A stretch of 63,610 nt of DNA, counting the filler, from Octopus bimaculoides (taxonomy: Eukaryota): the NCBI RefSeq assembly GCF_001194135.2. It is 6 parts of 6 records of this genome, joined end to end, with 100 filler letters (N's around TTAATTAATTAA, not from the genome) between each part and the next. Parts side by side here need not be neighbours in the genome. Positions count along the whole stretch, not along the records: positions 46,735 to 49,668 come from NC_068988.1; positions 49,769 to 62,173 come from NC_068996.1; positions 62,274 to 63,610 come from NC_069008.1; 3 more parts are not named here. One strand, 5' to 3'. Positions 49,565 to 62,735 of the stretch are shown here, piece by piece (the first letter of the stretch is position 1; every line of letters starts with the position of its first letter). The notes below the pieces were generated by a model, which saw only the letters and a program-made list of their open reading frames with translations, was not told the origin of the DNA and did no database searches. Position numbers and translations under genes: made by a program.

Positions 49565-49655
49565 CTCGAACAAGCCCATCTTACAGCACACCCGTGCCTG
49601 TAGAGCTTATCTCGAACCGGCATCACCCCCGGTAGCAGTGCCAGGTCAAATATAT
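49565..49655 (-). CDS. Candidate internal coding exon, 91 nt, phase 1 to phase 2 (IFDLALLPGVMPVRDKLYRHGCAVRWACS)
   Basis: Acceptor atttccag|AT and perfect donor GAG|gtgagta. GC-rich island with only one open frame. Sits 13 nt from a linker-joined contig end. Confidence 0.65.
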
Positions 49656-49878
49656 CTGGAAATTATCCNNNNNNNNNNNNNNNNNNNNNNNNNNNNNNNN
49701 NNNNNNNNNNNNTTAATTAATTAANNNNNNNNNNNNNNNNNNNNNNNNNNNNNNNNNNNNNNNNNNNNTGCTTAGACGAACTTTCCTACCTTTTCGGACA
49801 AAACCTTTTGTAACCTTCGTCCTGTCTTTGTCCTTATATGCTTTTAATTAATATTAGCCCTTGTGGCCAATAAAACGA

Positions 49879-49969
<91 letters not shown>

Positions 49970-50155
49970 GCTGTTATATACTCATTAGCAGCTATTTATT
50001 TATGTATTTTCGCGACTTCTAGTTGTTCTGACTGAAGCCTTCGGCGAAAACATCCATCTGTCCGTCTTTGTCATAAAATTCGCTAAGCCAGCACCCACCA
50101 TCAATATACATACATACATACATAGATACATACATACATACATACATGCATGCAT

Positions 50156-50188
<33 letters not shown>

Positions 50189-50420
50189 TCATACACAAAC
50201 ACACACACAAAAACACATACATATATGCTACTTAAATATGTGCCCGCACATATCACTTTTTGATAGACGCGTCTGTACGGTCGGTGTTTCTTGGTTTTCG
50301 TTGGAACATAACATGCTATGAGACTACGGCATATGTATACAACTGCCGTAGAATACTACATACACATACACACGCGCGCACGCACACAAGCAAACACATG
50401 CTCGTATGTACACATATATA

Positions 50421-50495
<75 letters not shown>

Positions 50496-50696
50496 ATGTA
50501 TGCACGCATATATATATATATATATAAGGAGAAATTTATAATTAATAAATGATTTTATTAATTACCTCTCCATTTTCTCTCTATTCTTATAGTTGAACTT
50601 TCTATAGATTGGTAACTAGCCAGTATTTTCATTTGACTTATGGTCCCCCAATGAGGTTTATTAACCTTTACTTGATTCTGTATATATACACACATC

Positions 50697-50787
50697 AAAA
50701 TTGCAAAGATAATCTGGACCTCGACTGAGGAAAGAAAAACTCCGAATGACCCGTCCTTGTTTCCTTTATAGCGTCTCTCTGGATGTT
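50697..50787. repeat. Interspersed repeat shared with 62546-62700 (possibly a LINE 3' UTR)
   Basis: CAAAATTGCAAAGATAATCTGGA.CTCGACT.AGGAAAGAAAA...AATGACCC.TCC.TGTTT occurs at both loci. Confidence 0.75.
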
Positions 50788-50945
50788 TCGCTTCTTCCAG
50801 TTTCCCCTCTATCAAATCCACTCACAAGGCTTTAGTTGGCCCGTGGTTATAGTACAAGACACTTGGCCAAGGTGCTACACAGTGGGACTGAATCCGGAAC
50901 CATGTGGTTGGGAAGCAAGCTGCTTACCACACAGCCACTCCTGCG
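50788..50945 (-). mobile_element. 5' half of a tRNA-head, CORE-like SINE (same family as 5238-5401)
   Basis: CAAATCCACTCACAAGGCTTT...AGACACTTGGCCAAGGTGC...GGAACCATGTGGTTGGGAAGCAAGCTGCTTACCACACAGCCACTCC. Confidence 0.88.
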
Positions 50946-51012
50946 TTCATATATATATATGCATTCATATATTTACACACACACACCATATATATACGTG
51001 TATATACTCAAA

Positions 51013-51050
<38 letters not shown>

Positions 51051-52476
51051 TTCATTTATGAGCGAGTTGGAGGTCGTAGATGACACTGATAACTCCGCAC
51101 ATCTCTTCAATTCTCATCTTTAGTTATTATTTTTATGCACATGAATACAAATAGCCGTATATGTGCATAAACGTATACGCATGTGTGTCTGTGTGTTTAG
51201 AGGTGTTTGTGAATGTGTAAGCTGTGTGTGTGGTGTATGAGCGTGTGTGCGTTTGTGCGTTCATATTGGTATTGCAGTTCCAATTTTGTGACGCCCGTGT
51301 TTTCGTTCTCTACAGACTTACGTGTATGCGTGCGTTAGTATGTTTACATATTTGTTTGTGTCAGAGATGTATCTGTGCGCCTCGATATCACGTGTGAGGA
51401 GCCCATCTGTGATTTTTTTTTCAAGACTTTTACTTCTGTTTGTGCGGGTATTATTTAGATAATGTCTTCGATCAATCTACACCCACATACAATATGCGTT
51501 GGTGTAAACACGAGTGAATTTTTTTTTAAATTTACATTTGCTTCTTTATTTTCCATTGTGTCTTTTCTAGTTTATCTATTCTGTTTTTATTATATTTATT
51601 TTTTTTTGTCTTTTTTTTTAATGACTTTTTCACATCACCTATTACTGAAAATTTGTTCTCCCTTTCTATACTTCTTTCCTTCCTCACACACACGCGCACT
51701 CACATAGACACACACACACATACACGCACACACACAAACACACACAAACACATACACGCATATGGTCATATGCACATATATACCCACACTAATATAGACA
51801 TGACAAATACAAACACGTGGGCGTGTTTATGTGCATAAACGTACATTTGTACGGATTTATCTATTCACATGTACTTGTGTATATATATATATACTTGTGT
51901 ATATGTATATATATAAGTATATATATATATATATATATATNNNNNNNNNNNNNNNNNNNNNNNNNNNNNNNNNNNNNNNNNNNNNNNNNNNNNNNNNNNN
52001 NNNNNNNNNNNNNNNNNNNNNNNNNNNNNNNNNNNNNNNNNNNNNNNNNNNNNNNNNNNNNNNNNNNNNNNNNNNNNNNNNNNNNNNNNNNNNNNNNNNN
52101 NNNNNNNNNNNNNNNNNNNNNNNNNNNNNNNNNNNNNNNNNNNNNNNNNNNNNNNNNNNNNNNNNNNNNNNNNNNNNNNNNNNNNNNNNNNNNNNNNNNN
52201 NNNNNNNNNNNNNNNNNNNNNNNNNNNNNNNNNNNNNNNNNNNNNNNNNNNNNNNNNNNNNNNNNNNNNNNNNNNNNNNNNNNNNNNNNNNNNNNNNNNN
52301 NNNNNNNNNNNNNNNNNNNNNNNNNNNNNNNNNNNNNNNNNNNNNNNNNNNNNNNNNNNNNNNNNNNNNNNNNNNNNNNNNNNNNNNNNNNNNNNNNNNN
52401 NNNNNNNNATATATATGATATATATAATATATATATATGTAGATATATATATGTCGACCTGCGAATGAAATTGAGC

Positions 52477-52508
<32 letters not shown>

Positions 52509-52649
52509 CATGCATGCATGCATGCATACCAGATTGACCCAAAAGATTTTTCCTAATTCAAGCTGTAATTGAAAGTTTAAACAAATCACATAAGAAAAGC
52601 TCAATTCTAAGCTTATTTAATTTGTTTGATTTAGTGACAAAAATACTCC

Positions 52650-53400
52650 ATGCACTCATTTTCGACCTCATCCACATTATTTATCTCTGTCCCTGCACGA
52701 AATGAACCATGTCTGCATTGTATACAGGGTGAGTTGGCGCTTGCATCCCCACAAGTCTCTGAAGTTTGAATTTGGCCATATTGGCAGAGTTTGCTGGACA
52801 TTATCATGTTGTACGGGTGTACGTCTTCGATTGAGTAATGCCTTCTAGCTAGCTTTCAAAAGATCCAGTACTTGCGCCAGGTTTTGAACGAACAAAAAGT
52901 TTAGCATTCAGAGCATGAGAAACTAGGACAAGTTCATCTTGTGGCACCTCCTCGAAAGTTTAACAAACACACAACATGACCTTGTTTGACAATCGGTTCT
53001 TGAGTCCTGGTCGGAACGAAGCTACTGATTTTTCATATTAGGGTCACAAAAATAGATTCATTTTCCACTCCCAGTTGCAATTCGACGCCCAAATCGAACA
53101 TCTCAAGGTTTTGCCAGCAGTTGTTTGCAAATGTTCACAACGTCGTTCCACCTGGTTATTGGTCACATCATGAAGAGCTTCTCGACAGCCGAGCTTATGG
53201 AAGTGTCGATTATGTACGAGTGTTTGTGTTTAGCTGTGGTTCAACCATTTCAAGCAAGATCTCATCTTCCCGCAATAGAAGACCACCGTAATCTTGGTTT
53301 CTATTCAGGCCTGGTATAATCTTTCTTGAAACGTCTGAACCGCTCTCATATGACTCTATCGCCGACGGTTCCTGGGCCTTCCACACCAGTATTGTTTTGT
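52650..53400 (-). pseudogene. Decayed mariner transposase
   Basis: Minus strand: EGPGTVGDRV..RFRRFKK (HTH), VMLCVC..F..V..ELV, QHDN, HPVYNADM (cf. HPxYSPDL). Many stops and frameshifts. Confidence 0.8.
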
Positions 53401-54184
53401 ACTCAGTCCTTTATATCACAAATAGTGTAAAATGGCTGTAATTGCAATTTTTACACCACTCATTATCAAAGTGGTAAAAAGAAAACAGTAAGCAATTAAA
53501 GTATATATGTTATATATGAAAATACAGGATAAACAATTCAGTTACGATTGGACAAAGACTTGTATCAAATAAATTATATAATATAGAGATACAAGGTGCG
53601 AAAATTATCGGTGAAAACCCGAAAAAACTTTTGACTCAACATGGTATATACGAATCTATATCTATAAGTCTCTAATGTGTAAATGTATAAATAGATCGAT
53701 GAAGCACTGGGAAAATATCATTCTACAGGGTAAGTAAGATTCGATGCAAATTCCACGATATGAAATCGAAAATAAGATACACGTCATATTAGCTCTTTTA
53801 GACTATTGAATCTGTTTAGTCCACTCTCTTTCCCAAAGAAATATTCCGAAATTTTGTTGATCGGCGAGATACAGGTGTCTTATAATAAACATTAAACAAA
53901 ACCACATATACGTGTGCTATTCAAACGCCAGAAGATGCGGTTTTTCATCAAGGAAATCCTTTTCAATACCTATTGTGTTAAAAAGCACATTATACTTGAG
54001 AAACGAAATGACCCACAGAAATTTTAAACAAATACTGATCAATTATTAATCTTCCAAGTCGTCAAAATTTTTTCAAAATGTTCAATAATGACTATTCTGT
54101 TTATGTGTGCTTTCCCAAAAAAAAATTATTGCATTCATAAAAGTTTACTCCAGCCAAGAGTCGAGCGACTATCTCATTATGCTG

Positions 54185-54219
<35 letters not shown>

Positions 54220-56073
54220 GTATGTATATATGAATGTATATATAGATATACATACATACACACACACATATATAAAGTTGCATACTGGGGTAGATCTAAT
54301 CGACTGGCTCCGTCCCTCAAAATTTCAGATCTTGTGCCTATAGTAGAAATATATATTGAATTCAAATTACGATAAACGTAAACAAACAAACGAAGTTTGC
54401 TTTAGAAACGTTGAGATGTCTTACAAAGTTAAAGAAGTGATTTTAAATTCTCAAACGCAGGATAATGCTAATAATATAGCCTGAACAGGATAAACTACCC
54501 ACAGCTAACCACCTACACTTTTTTCTGCCAAAATAGGGGTAGTTTATCCTGTTCAGGCTATATTATTAGCATTATCCNNNNNNNNNNNNNNNNNNNNNNN
54601 NNNNNNNNNNNNNNNNNNNNNNNNNNNNNNNNNNNNNNNNNNNNNNNNNNNNNNNNNNNNNNNNNNNNNNNNNNNNNTTACATATGTATTCCAGTGCTTA
54701 AGTGTATATGTGGTTATATTGAGTTATCCTTCTGGAGAACAACCGAACATAAAAATATTTATGTTTATCGATTCCACACTTTCTTCGTAGTTTTATGCAA
54801 CTCTTTCATTATTGTTAGCACTCTTCCTCTTTCCCCCTCCTCTTTGCCTCTCATTAATTCTCTCTTCATCTATTTCTCTCTCGCTTTCACTCGGTTTTCC
54901 ATCTATCACCTCTCACTCATAACCATTTTCACTTCAGTGCAACCTTCTCTCATTCACTATCATTTAGTCGTTCACTCACTCGCTGTCTCTTACACACATT
55001 TACTCCTCCACCCGTAAGTTGAGCTATAACGTCAAAATACGTAACGCTATTCGCGATCGACTCCATGTTTAATTCAGCTCCACTACAGAAAGCGTACCAC
55101 CACATACTGCTCCGAGTAAAAATAGCCGACACTTTATTGAATAAACCTAACTATTCAAAATACATCAAGTTTAATTTATACATGCTACACCTTTTGCTGA
55201 TGATGGAATCGATTAATCTCATGTAAATAGTAGCTAAACAGAAAAGAATATTACGAACACTTCAGAGAATCATTAGCGTTTAAAAAAAATATATATTTTA
55301 ATTACAATGATTGCAAAATCGTCTGTTAAACACTTGATTCATCAAAACGTCCGTCAAACAATGAAACTGTCAGATCGTAATCTCTCTCTGCATCTATATT
55401 CAGTAAAAACTACTTAACTACATTCTAATCTGTACTATCTCTGTCCATATGAATATGTATGTATGTGCATACCTGTGTATATGTTTGTGTATGTTTTGTC
55501 AGTTTATTTCAGACAAACAATTTCAAGTAAACATCATTAAAGTGCAGATCTATCTAGCTTTTATGTAAGAAGCACGGGTTTCTTATTTTCACTTTGTAAA
55601 CAGTAGTGACTACAAAATTAACGAATGGTTCAGTTAACGAACGGTTAACCAATGAAGATGGGTCCCACGTAACCTTTATGTATAAGTTTGTAAGCCATTT
55701 AATGTTGACTGTACGGAGAAAGAGTACTCGATAGGATAGTATACATTGATATTATTTTCAATTTGGTCGAGTCAGTTTTTTGCTACTCTTGAGTCTTGCT
55801 AGAAGATCCTGTGAACCCACTGGCAAAAGTCAGAGTAGTAAGAGACTGATTCGACCAAAGTAAGGTATATACGTGTTACATATAGATGATACATACGTAC
55901 ACATACACCTGTGTGTATGTGTATACATAAATAAGAATAGATAGATAGATAGATAGATAGATTGATAGATAGATAGGTATGTAGGCAAGTAAGTAGATAG
56001 ATCGATAGACAGACAGATAGATTGATAGATACATAAATTCATAGTTAGACAGACAGACAGACAGACAGACAGG

Positions 56074-56108
<35 letters not shown>

Positions 56109-56549
56109 ATAAATAGATAGAGAGGGAAAGATTGACAGAGAGATAAATGGATGGAGCAACAGATAGATAGATAGATAGATAGTGTGTGTGAGGGAGAGGG
56201 TAAAAGAGAGAGAGGGTAAGTAAGAGAGGGAAAGAGAGCATTAAGTTGTGTAGATTGGGCATTTGAGTGTGGTAAATCCAGATAATCTTCACGTGCAATC
56301 TCTCACATTCAAATGAGACGGCTCGCACGCGAGTGATAGCCCATGTGAGCTGAACATACAAACAAACCTGTCGTTACACATAAACAACAGCATAAATATG
56401 TCCGTGTATATTTACTGCCGAGATAAGGTATATGAAATTGAGTGTGTACTAGTGTTAACTGTTGTGTATCGCTGTAAATAGGATACATTAATGTTTGAAA
56501 GTTGGTACGTATATTTATATGCTCTCCCTCTCTCTAACTTCCTTTCTAT

Positions 56550-56595
<46 letters not shown>

Positions 56596-56717
56596 ATATT
56601 TATATACACATATGTACATATTTATATATATATATATGTGGGAAAACATAGATATACTTGTATATACATATAAATATTTACATAGAATCATGTGCGTATG
56701 TATATTTATTCAGTAAC

Positions 56718-56759
<42 letters not shown>

Positions 56760-56760
<1 letters not shown>

Positions 56761-56895
56761 TTATTTACATTTGATGGATATTTGTCCTCATCTTATTTGT
56801 TGTTAACACATTTCGGCTGATATACCCTCTAGCCTTCATCAGATGTGTTGGGGAACTTTCGATCCTGAGTTCTCATTCCTAAGGTATTTTTCGAT
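56760..56895 (-). mobile_element. Second copy of the (AAT)n-associated repeat, retaining CTGATGA...GAAA
   Basis: Reverse complement reads AAAAATACCTTAGGAATGAGAACTCAGG...ACACAT-CTGATGA-AGGCT..AGCC-GAAA-TGTGTT. It is preceded in its own orientation by (AAT)n at 56908-56987. Confidence 0.75.
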
Positions 56896-56902
56896 GTTGT
56901 TG

Positions 56903-56987
<85 letters not shown>

Positions 56988-57739
56988 NNNNNNNNNNNNN
57001 NNNNNNNNNNNNNNNNNNNNNNNNNNNNNNNNNNNNNNNNNNNNNNNNNNNNNNNNNNNNNNNNNNNNNNNNNNNNNNNNNNNNNNNNNNNNNNNNNNNN
57101 NNNNNNNNNNNNNNNNNNNNNNNNNNNNNNNNNNNNNNNNNNNNNNNNNNNNNNNNNNNNNNNNNNNNNNNNNNNNNNNNNNNNNNNNNNNNNNNNNNNN
57201 NNNNNNNNNNNNNNNNNNNNNNNNNNNNNNNNNNNNNNNNNNNNNNNNNNNNNNNNNNNNNNNNNNNNNNNNNNNNNNNNNNNNNNNNNNNNNNNNNNNN
57301 NNNNNNNNNNNNNNNNNNNNNNNNNNNNNNNNNNNNNNNNNNNNNNNNNNNNNNNNNNNNNNNNNNNNNNNNNNNNNNNNNNNNNNNNNNNNNNNNNNNN
57401 NNNNNNNNNNNNNNNNNNNNNNNNNNNNNNNNNNNNNNNNNNNNNNNNNNNNNNNNNNNNNNNNNNNNNNNNNNNNNNNNNNNNNNNNNNNNNNNNNNNN
57501 NNNNNNNNNNNNNNNNNNNNNNNNNNNNNNNNNNNNNNNNNNNNNNNNNNNNNNNNNNNNNNNNNNNNNNNNNNNNNNNNNNNNNNNNNNNNNNNNNNNN
57601 NNNNNNNNNNNNNNNNNNNNNNNNNNNNNNNNNNNNNNNNNNNNNNNNNNNNNNNNNNNNNNNNNNNNNNNNNNNNNNNNNNNNNNNNNNNNNNNNCATT
57701 ACGAATGGCACCGTTTTAATCGTAATCAAAATGAGCATC

Positions 57740-57851
57740 ACCAACCAAAACCACCACCACTGTCAACGTTACCACCATTATCATCATCATCATCTTCATC
57801 ATTATTTTCAATGTCGTCGTCGTCGTCGTCATTATCATCATCATCACCACC

Positions 57852-57885
<34 letters not shown>

Positions 57886-58200
57886 TCATCATTTTCATCG
57901 TCGTCGTCGTCATCGTCGTCGTCGTCGTCGTCATCAACTCCGTCATCATCAGTACAATCATCATCATCGATGTTGCCATCGTAGTTGTCATCGTCACCCA
58001 CAGGATTCTGGTAGTCACCATCCGGGTCACCATCGTCATCATCATCGCCGTCTTCCTTTCCGGTCTCCATCTGATCTACATCTTCATCCACCTCATTATC
58101 ATCATCCGTGTCCATCATTCTCACCGTCGTCGTCATCGTAATCACCGTGCTCCACCTCCTCCGCTTTTTATCATCGTCATCTATATCCGCCGTCATCATT
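57740..58200. repeat. Degenerate (CAT)/(CGT)/(CAC) trinucleotide tract
   Basis: Read directly from the sequence; gives poly-H, poly-D and poly-M pseudo-ORFs. Confidence 0.9.
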
Positions 58201-58579
58201 AATGCAAAGTCGAAGAAAATGTGAAGAATTTATCCCTTGCAAAGATAGAAACCATCAAATTACAAATAAGAATTGTTTTCTACGATTTGGATACCGAAGA
58301 TTCTAACAGAAATAAGTCTTAATAACATGCAAATTTGGCGCTCGAGCGTGAACTTTACTGTGCATTCAAGAACAGGCAGGGGACCTAGAACACAGTGCAC
58401 AGGTCTACCCGCACGAACCTATTGAACCTTGAGTGAATTTGTATGTATGCATATATATATATATATATATATATTAATTATAAACACAGTGTACATTTAA
58501 ACACATAAGTATTTAAATGTACACATATACATTTATATATAAATATATATATATATCTACACACACACATACACACACA

Positions 58580-59525
58580 TGCGTGGAGGTAAAAACGGAA
58601 ACGTCCTCTGTGAGACAAGTCCTTTATAGTTCAGGCTTCCACCGCTAGAAACCACTTGATACAACCTCTGAGAATTAGTCTGCCGACCGGCGTCTTCGGG
58701 TGGATTTATACTGCCACGTGGTGCGTCTTTGTTTTGCAGTGCCTTTCCCCTGTTCGTCGATTTTTGCGATGGCTGAAACGAAGGAACAACATGCTTCCGT
58801 GAAATTCTGTTTTCTGCTGGGGAAAACGGCGACTGAATCAGTTCTTATGTTTCAAACAGCTTACAAGGACGCTGCCGTGAGTAAAACAGAAGCGCACGTG
58901 TGATTTACATGCTTTAGGGGCGATCACTTGTTGCCTGAAGGTCAACCACGTTCAGGGCGACTCTCGACCTCCAGAACGAAAACATCACGAACATTCATGA
59001 AATAATCTTGGAGGAGGACCACCGCCGAGCAATTGACGTACTTGTTGATATGACTGGTGTGTCCTGGGGCTTCTTCCAACGAATTCTGAGCGAGGAATTG
59101 CGAAAGAAAAGAGTCGCAGCAAAATGTGTGCCTCGCTTGCTCATGGAAGATGAAAAGCAGTCACGACTAAATAATGCGTGTCGTGAACTGAAAGAACAGC
59201 TGGGAGTTGATACGCATTTTTCGAATATAATCACTGGTGACGAAAACTGTTGCTACGACTACAACTCGGAAACAAAGCAGCAATCAAGTCAATGGAAGCA
59301 TTCAATGTCACCACGCACCCCAAAAGCACATCAAGTGAAGTCCAATGTCAAGACGATGCTAGTTTGTTTCATCGACGCGAAAGGAATTTCCCTCACAAAA
59401 TTTGTTTCTTCTTGTCAAATTGCTAACCAGATATTTCATTTGATAGCGTTGATGCATTTGCGAGACGGGGTGAGACGAAAACGCCCAGACCTGTGCCAAA
59501 GTGCAGATTATTGGCTTCATCACGC
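58580..59525 (+). pseudogene. mariner transposase pseudogene (irritans/Himar-like), 3'-truncated
   Basis: ATG at 58769: MAETKEQHASVKFCFLLGKTATE..., PRSGR, EEDHRRAID, KRVAAKCVPRLL, IITGDENCCYDYNSETKQQSSQW, KTMLVCFIDAKG, VRRKRPDL. One stop and one frameshift; lost after YWLHH. Confidence 0.93.
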
Positions 59526-59702
59526 ATATATATTTGTGTAGTATGCATCTCAAATATAAAATTGCCTGACGAGGCTGGAAATTTATATAATACCATTTAA
59601 TGCATGACTACAAAGATAGATAGATAGATAGATAGACAGCTATGTATATGCAATTATATGTATATACATACATATATATAGATATACACACTCATAAACA
59701 TG

Positions 59703-59733
<31 letters not shown>

Positions 59734-59796
59734 CTATGTATACATTAGAGTATATGTATTTATATTTCGTATATTTCTCATTATGTATAAGTATAT

Positions 59797-59834
<38 letters not shown>

Positions 59835-60069
59835 NNNNNNNNNNNNNNNNNNNNNNNNNNNNNNNNNNNNNNNNNNNNNNNNNNNNNNNNNNNNNNNNNN
59901 NNNNNNNNNNNNNNNNNNNNNNNNNNNNNNNNNNNNNNNNNNNNNNNNNNNNNNNNNNNNNNNNNNNNNNNNNNNNNNNNNNNNNNNNNNNNNNNNNNNN
60001 NNNNNNNNNNNNNNNNNNNNNNNNNNNNNNNNNNNNNNNNNNNNNNNNNNNNNNNNNNNNNNNNNNNNN

Positions 60070-60118
<49 letters not shown>

Positions 60119-60766
60119 CACGCGTTTGTGAATGTTTGTATATATGAAGAAGTGTCTCATTTTAACATGAATATGTAATTATGCATAAACAACTATTGCA
60201 CATAGGCAATACACATTTAATACATTGTCTCGATATATAATAATTTCAAAGTGTTCCTTTGTGCATATTACTTCCCCTTCTCCTACCCTATCCTATTCCT
60301 CCCGACTTCTCCTTCTCACACTTCTTCCCTTCTTCTCCTCCTACTCTTCTGTTTTCTTCGTTTACATCTTTATTTTCTTGTAACACATCATCCCACACAC
60401 TTCATTCAAAATTTACCGGCGTTCACATTTTTCATTTTACTTTTATTTGCATTTTTCTTCCTTCTCACCCCCCTCTCTCTTTCTGTTCTACTCTCTATTA
60501 TATGACTTATGAATGTTATGGAATAAAGAAGGAACAATTTTGATGTAAAGGTATTTAAAAAAAAAGAAAACGCATTGAATATAAAAGTATAATAAATAAT
60601 AGTATATAAATGAAAAAAAAATTATTCCCTGTTATATTAATAAAGAAATTAATTATAAGGCAACAAAGAAAGTGTGCTGTTAATGATTTGAAACTGAAAA
60701 TGAATGAAAGGATTAAAAATAAATGAATACAAAATTAAATAAACAAATAAAAAATATATGTGTGTA

Positions 60767-60798
<32 letters not shown>

Positions 60799-62045
60799 NN
60801 NNNNNNNNNNNNNNNNNNNNNNNNNNNNNNNNNNNNNNNNNNNNNNNNNNNNNNNNNNNNNNNNNNNNNNNNNNNNNNNNNNNNNNNNNNNNNNNNNNNN
60901 NNNNNNNNNNNNNNNNNNNNNNNNNNNNNNNNNNNNNNNNNNNNNNNNNNNNNNNNNNNNNNNNNNNNNNNNNNNNNNNNNNNNNNNNNNNNNNNNNNNN
61001 NNNNNNNNNNNNNNNNNNNNNNNNNNNNNNNNNNNNNNNNNNNNNNNNNNNNNNNNNNNNNNNNNNNNNNNNNNNNNNNNNNNNNNNNNNNNNNNNNNNN
61101 NNNNNNNNNNNNNNNNNNNNNNNNNNNNNNNNNNNNNNNNNNNNNNNNNNNNNNNNNNNNNNNNNNNNNNNNNNNNNNNNNNNNNNNNNNNNNNNNNNNN
61201 NNNNNNNNNNNNNNNNNNNNNNNNNNNNNNNNNNNNNNNNNNNNNNNNNNNNNNNNNNNNNNNNNNNNNNNNNNNNNNNNNNNNNNNNNNNNNNNNNNAC
61301 ACACACACACACACACACACACAAACACGCGCGCGCGCATTTACACTCATATATTTCACTGAATAATAAAATTTGTTTTTATTTGAAAAAATTTTTTTTT
61401 TTTTTTTTTCAATATTAAAGCTATTTAGTTTCAAGTAAGAGATTAAGAAGTAAGATTCAATGTAACAAATATGTTAAGAATTACTAATTAGGAGAGATGA
61501 ATCGTTGTGGGTGAGTGGGCTGTTAGTTGGTAAGCAGGGTGGTAGGGCTGTTGGCTGGTAGGTTGGTTTGTCGGTTGGTTACTTGGTTGCTTGGTTGGTT
61601 TTCACCGTAGAATATTTTCAACTATTGAATTAAATCGTCGTAAAATGATATTTCTATTACGACTGATGAACAATTAATTGGAGAAGTAAAAAACGTGCTA
61701 GCAAGTGGAAATGCAAAATGCTTGTGTGCGTGTGTGTGTGTGTGTGTATTGTGTATTGTGTGTGTGCGTGTTTGTATGTGTGTGAGTGTGTGACCATGTA
61801 TTGTGTGGGAATGTGTGCGTGGCTGTTTAAATGTATCTGTGGATTCACCAAATGTGTCTGTAGATTCATATAATAAAATAAACGAGGCTAAATAGAATTT
61901 GTTCAAAGCATCTGACATGCATATATATATATGGCGATCTTTCGATACGAGTCCTAAATATCGGCCTTTTCCGTAAAAGTGTCTTCGGCGATCTTTACCA
62001 AAGATCGGCCTTTTTCGTAACACCCGCATGATCTTCACTACGGTG

Positions 62046-62152
62046 TTAGGGTTAGGGTTTTAGTGTCAGGGTTAGGGTTAGGGTTACGTTTAGGGACGAA
62101 ATTCCCTAACCGAAATCCTAAAACCCAAACCCTAACCCTGGCGCTAAACCCT
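62046..62152. repeat. Degenerate (TTAGGG)n followed by inverted (CCCTAA)n
   Basis: TTAGGG-type units at 62046-62095, spacer ACGAAATT, CCCTAA-type units at 62104-62152. Confidence 0.8.
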
Positions 62153-62289
62153 TCAAAAGAAATTGCGCTCTCTNNNNNNNNNNNNNNNNNNNNNNNNNNN
62201 NNNNNNNNNNNNNNNNNTTAATTAATTAANNNNNNNNNNNNNNNNNNNNNNNNNNNNNNNNNNNNNNNNNNNNATATATATATATATAT

Positions 62290-62720
62290 ATATAGCTGTC
62301 TAGATGTTTTGTGTTCTTATCCCATTTCTTTTTTCTTTTTTATATACATATTGCTTAATTTAATTCGTCCTTAGTCGAAAGACACCTGTTGTTATGTCCT
62401 GTTATTTGCATTTGTATTCGTGTATCAATTCTCTGTTTTTTTCCGTCCTTGTTTTTGTATACATTCGCTGCTTTTTTCCAAGGAATCTAGTGCTTAGTTT
62501 TTCCTTGGGTCCGGCCAGATTGGAGCAATCTTGAGTATAACCAGCCAAAATTGCAAAGATAATCTGGAACTCGACTAAGGAAAGAAAACTTCAAATGACC
62601 CATCCATGTTTTTTCTTGCCCCATTTTTGTATCATCTGTCTGGATATTTTGTTGTCCCATTTTTGTATCATCTAGCTGTCTGGATGTTTTGCGTTTTTGT
62701 TGCATTTTTTGTATTCCTTG
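62290..62720. repeat. Pyrimidine-rich interspersed repeat with an internal ~35-bp tandem duplication
   Basis: Shares a segment with 50697-50787; CCCATTTTTGTATCATCT..GTCTGGAT occurs twice. Confidence 0.65.
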
Positions 62721-62735
62721 TTATATATATATATA

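Noticed and set aside
50005-50105. GC-elevated island with open frames on both strands (VLTEAFGENIHLSVFVIKF / GGCWLSEFYDKDGQMDVF)
   Set aside because: It has only one splice signal, runs into microsatellite, and cannot be assigned to a strand.
57716-58199. His-rich (+) and Asp-rich (-) ORFs resembling metal-binding or shell-matrix proteins
   Set aside because: Degenerate CAT/CGT/CAC microsatellite open in several frames, with no credible splice sites or start context.
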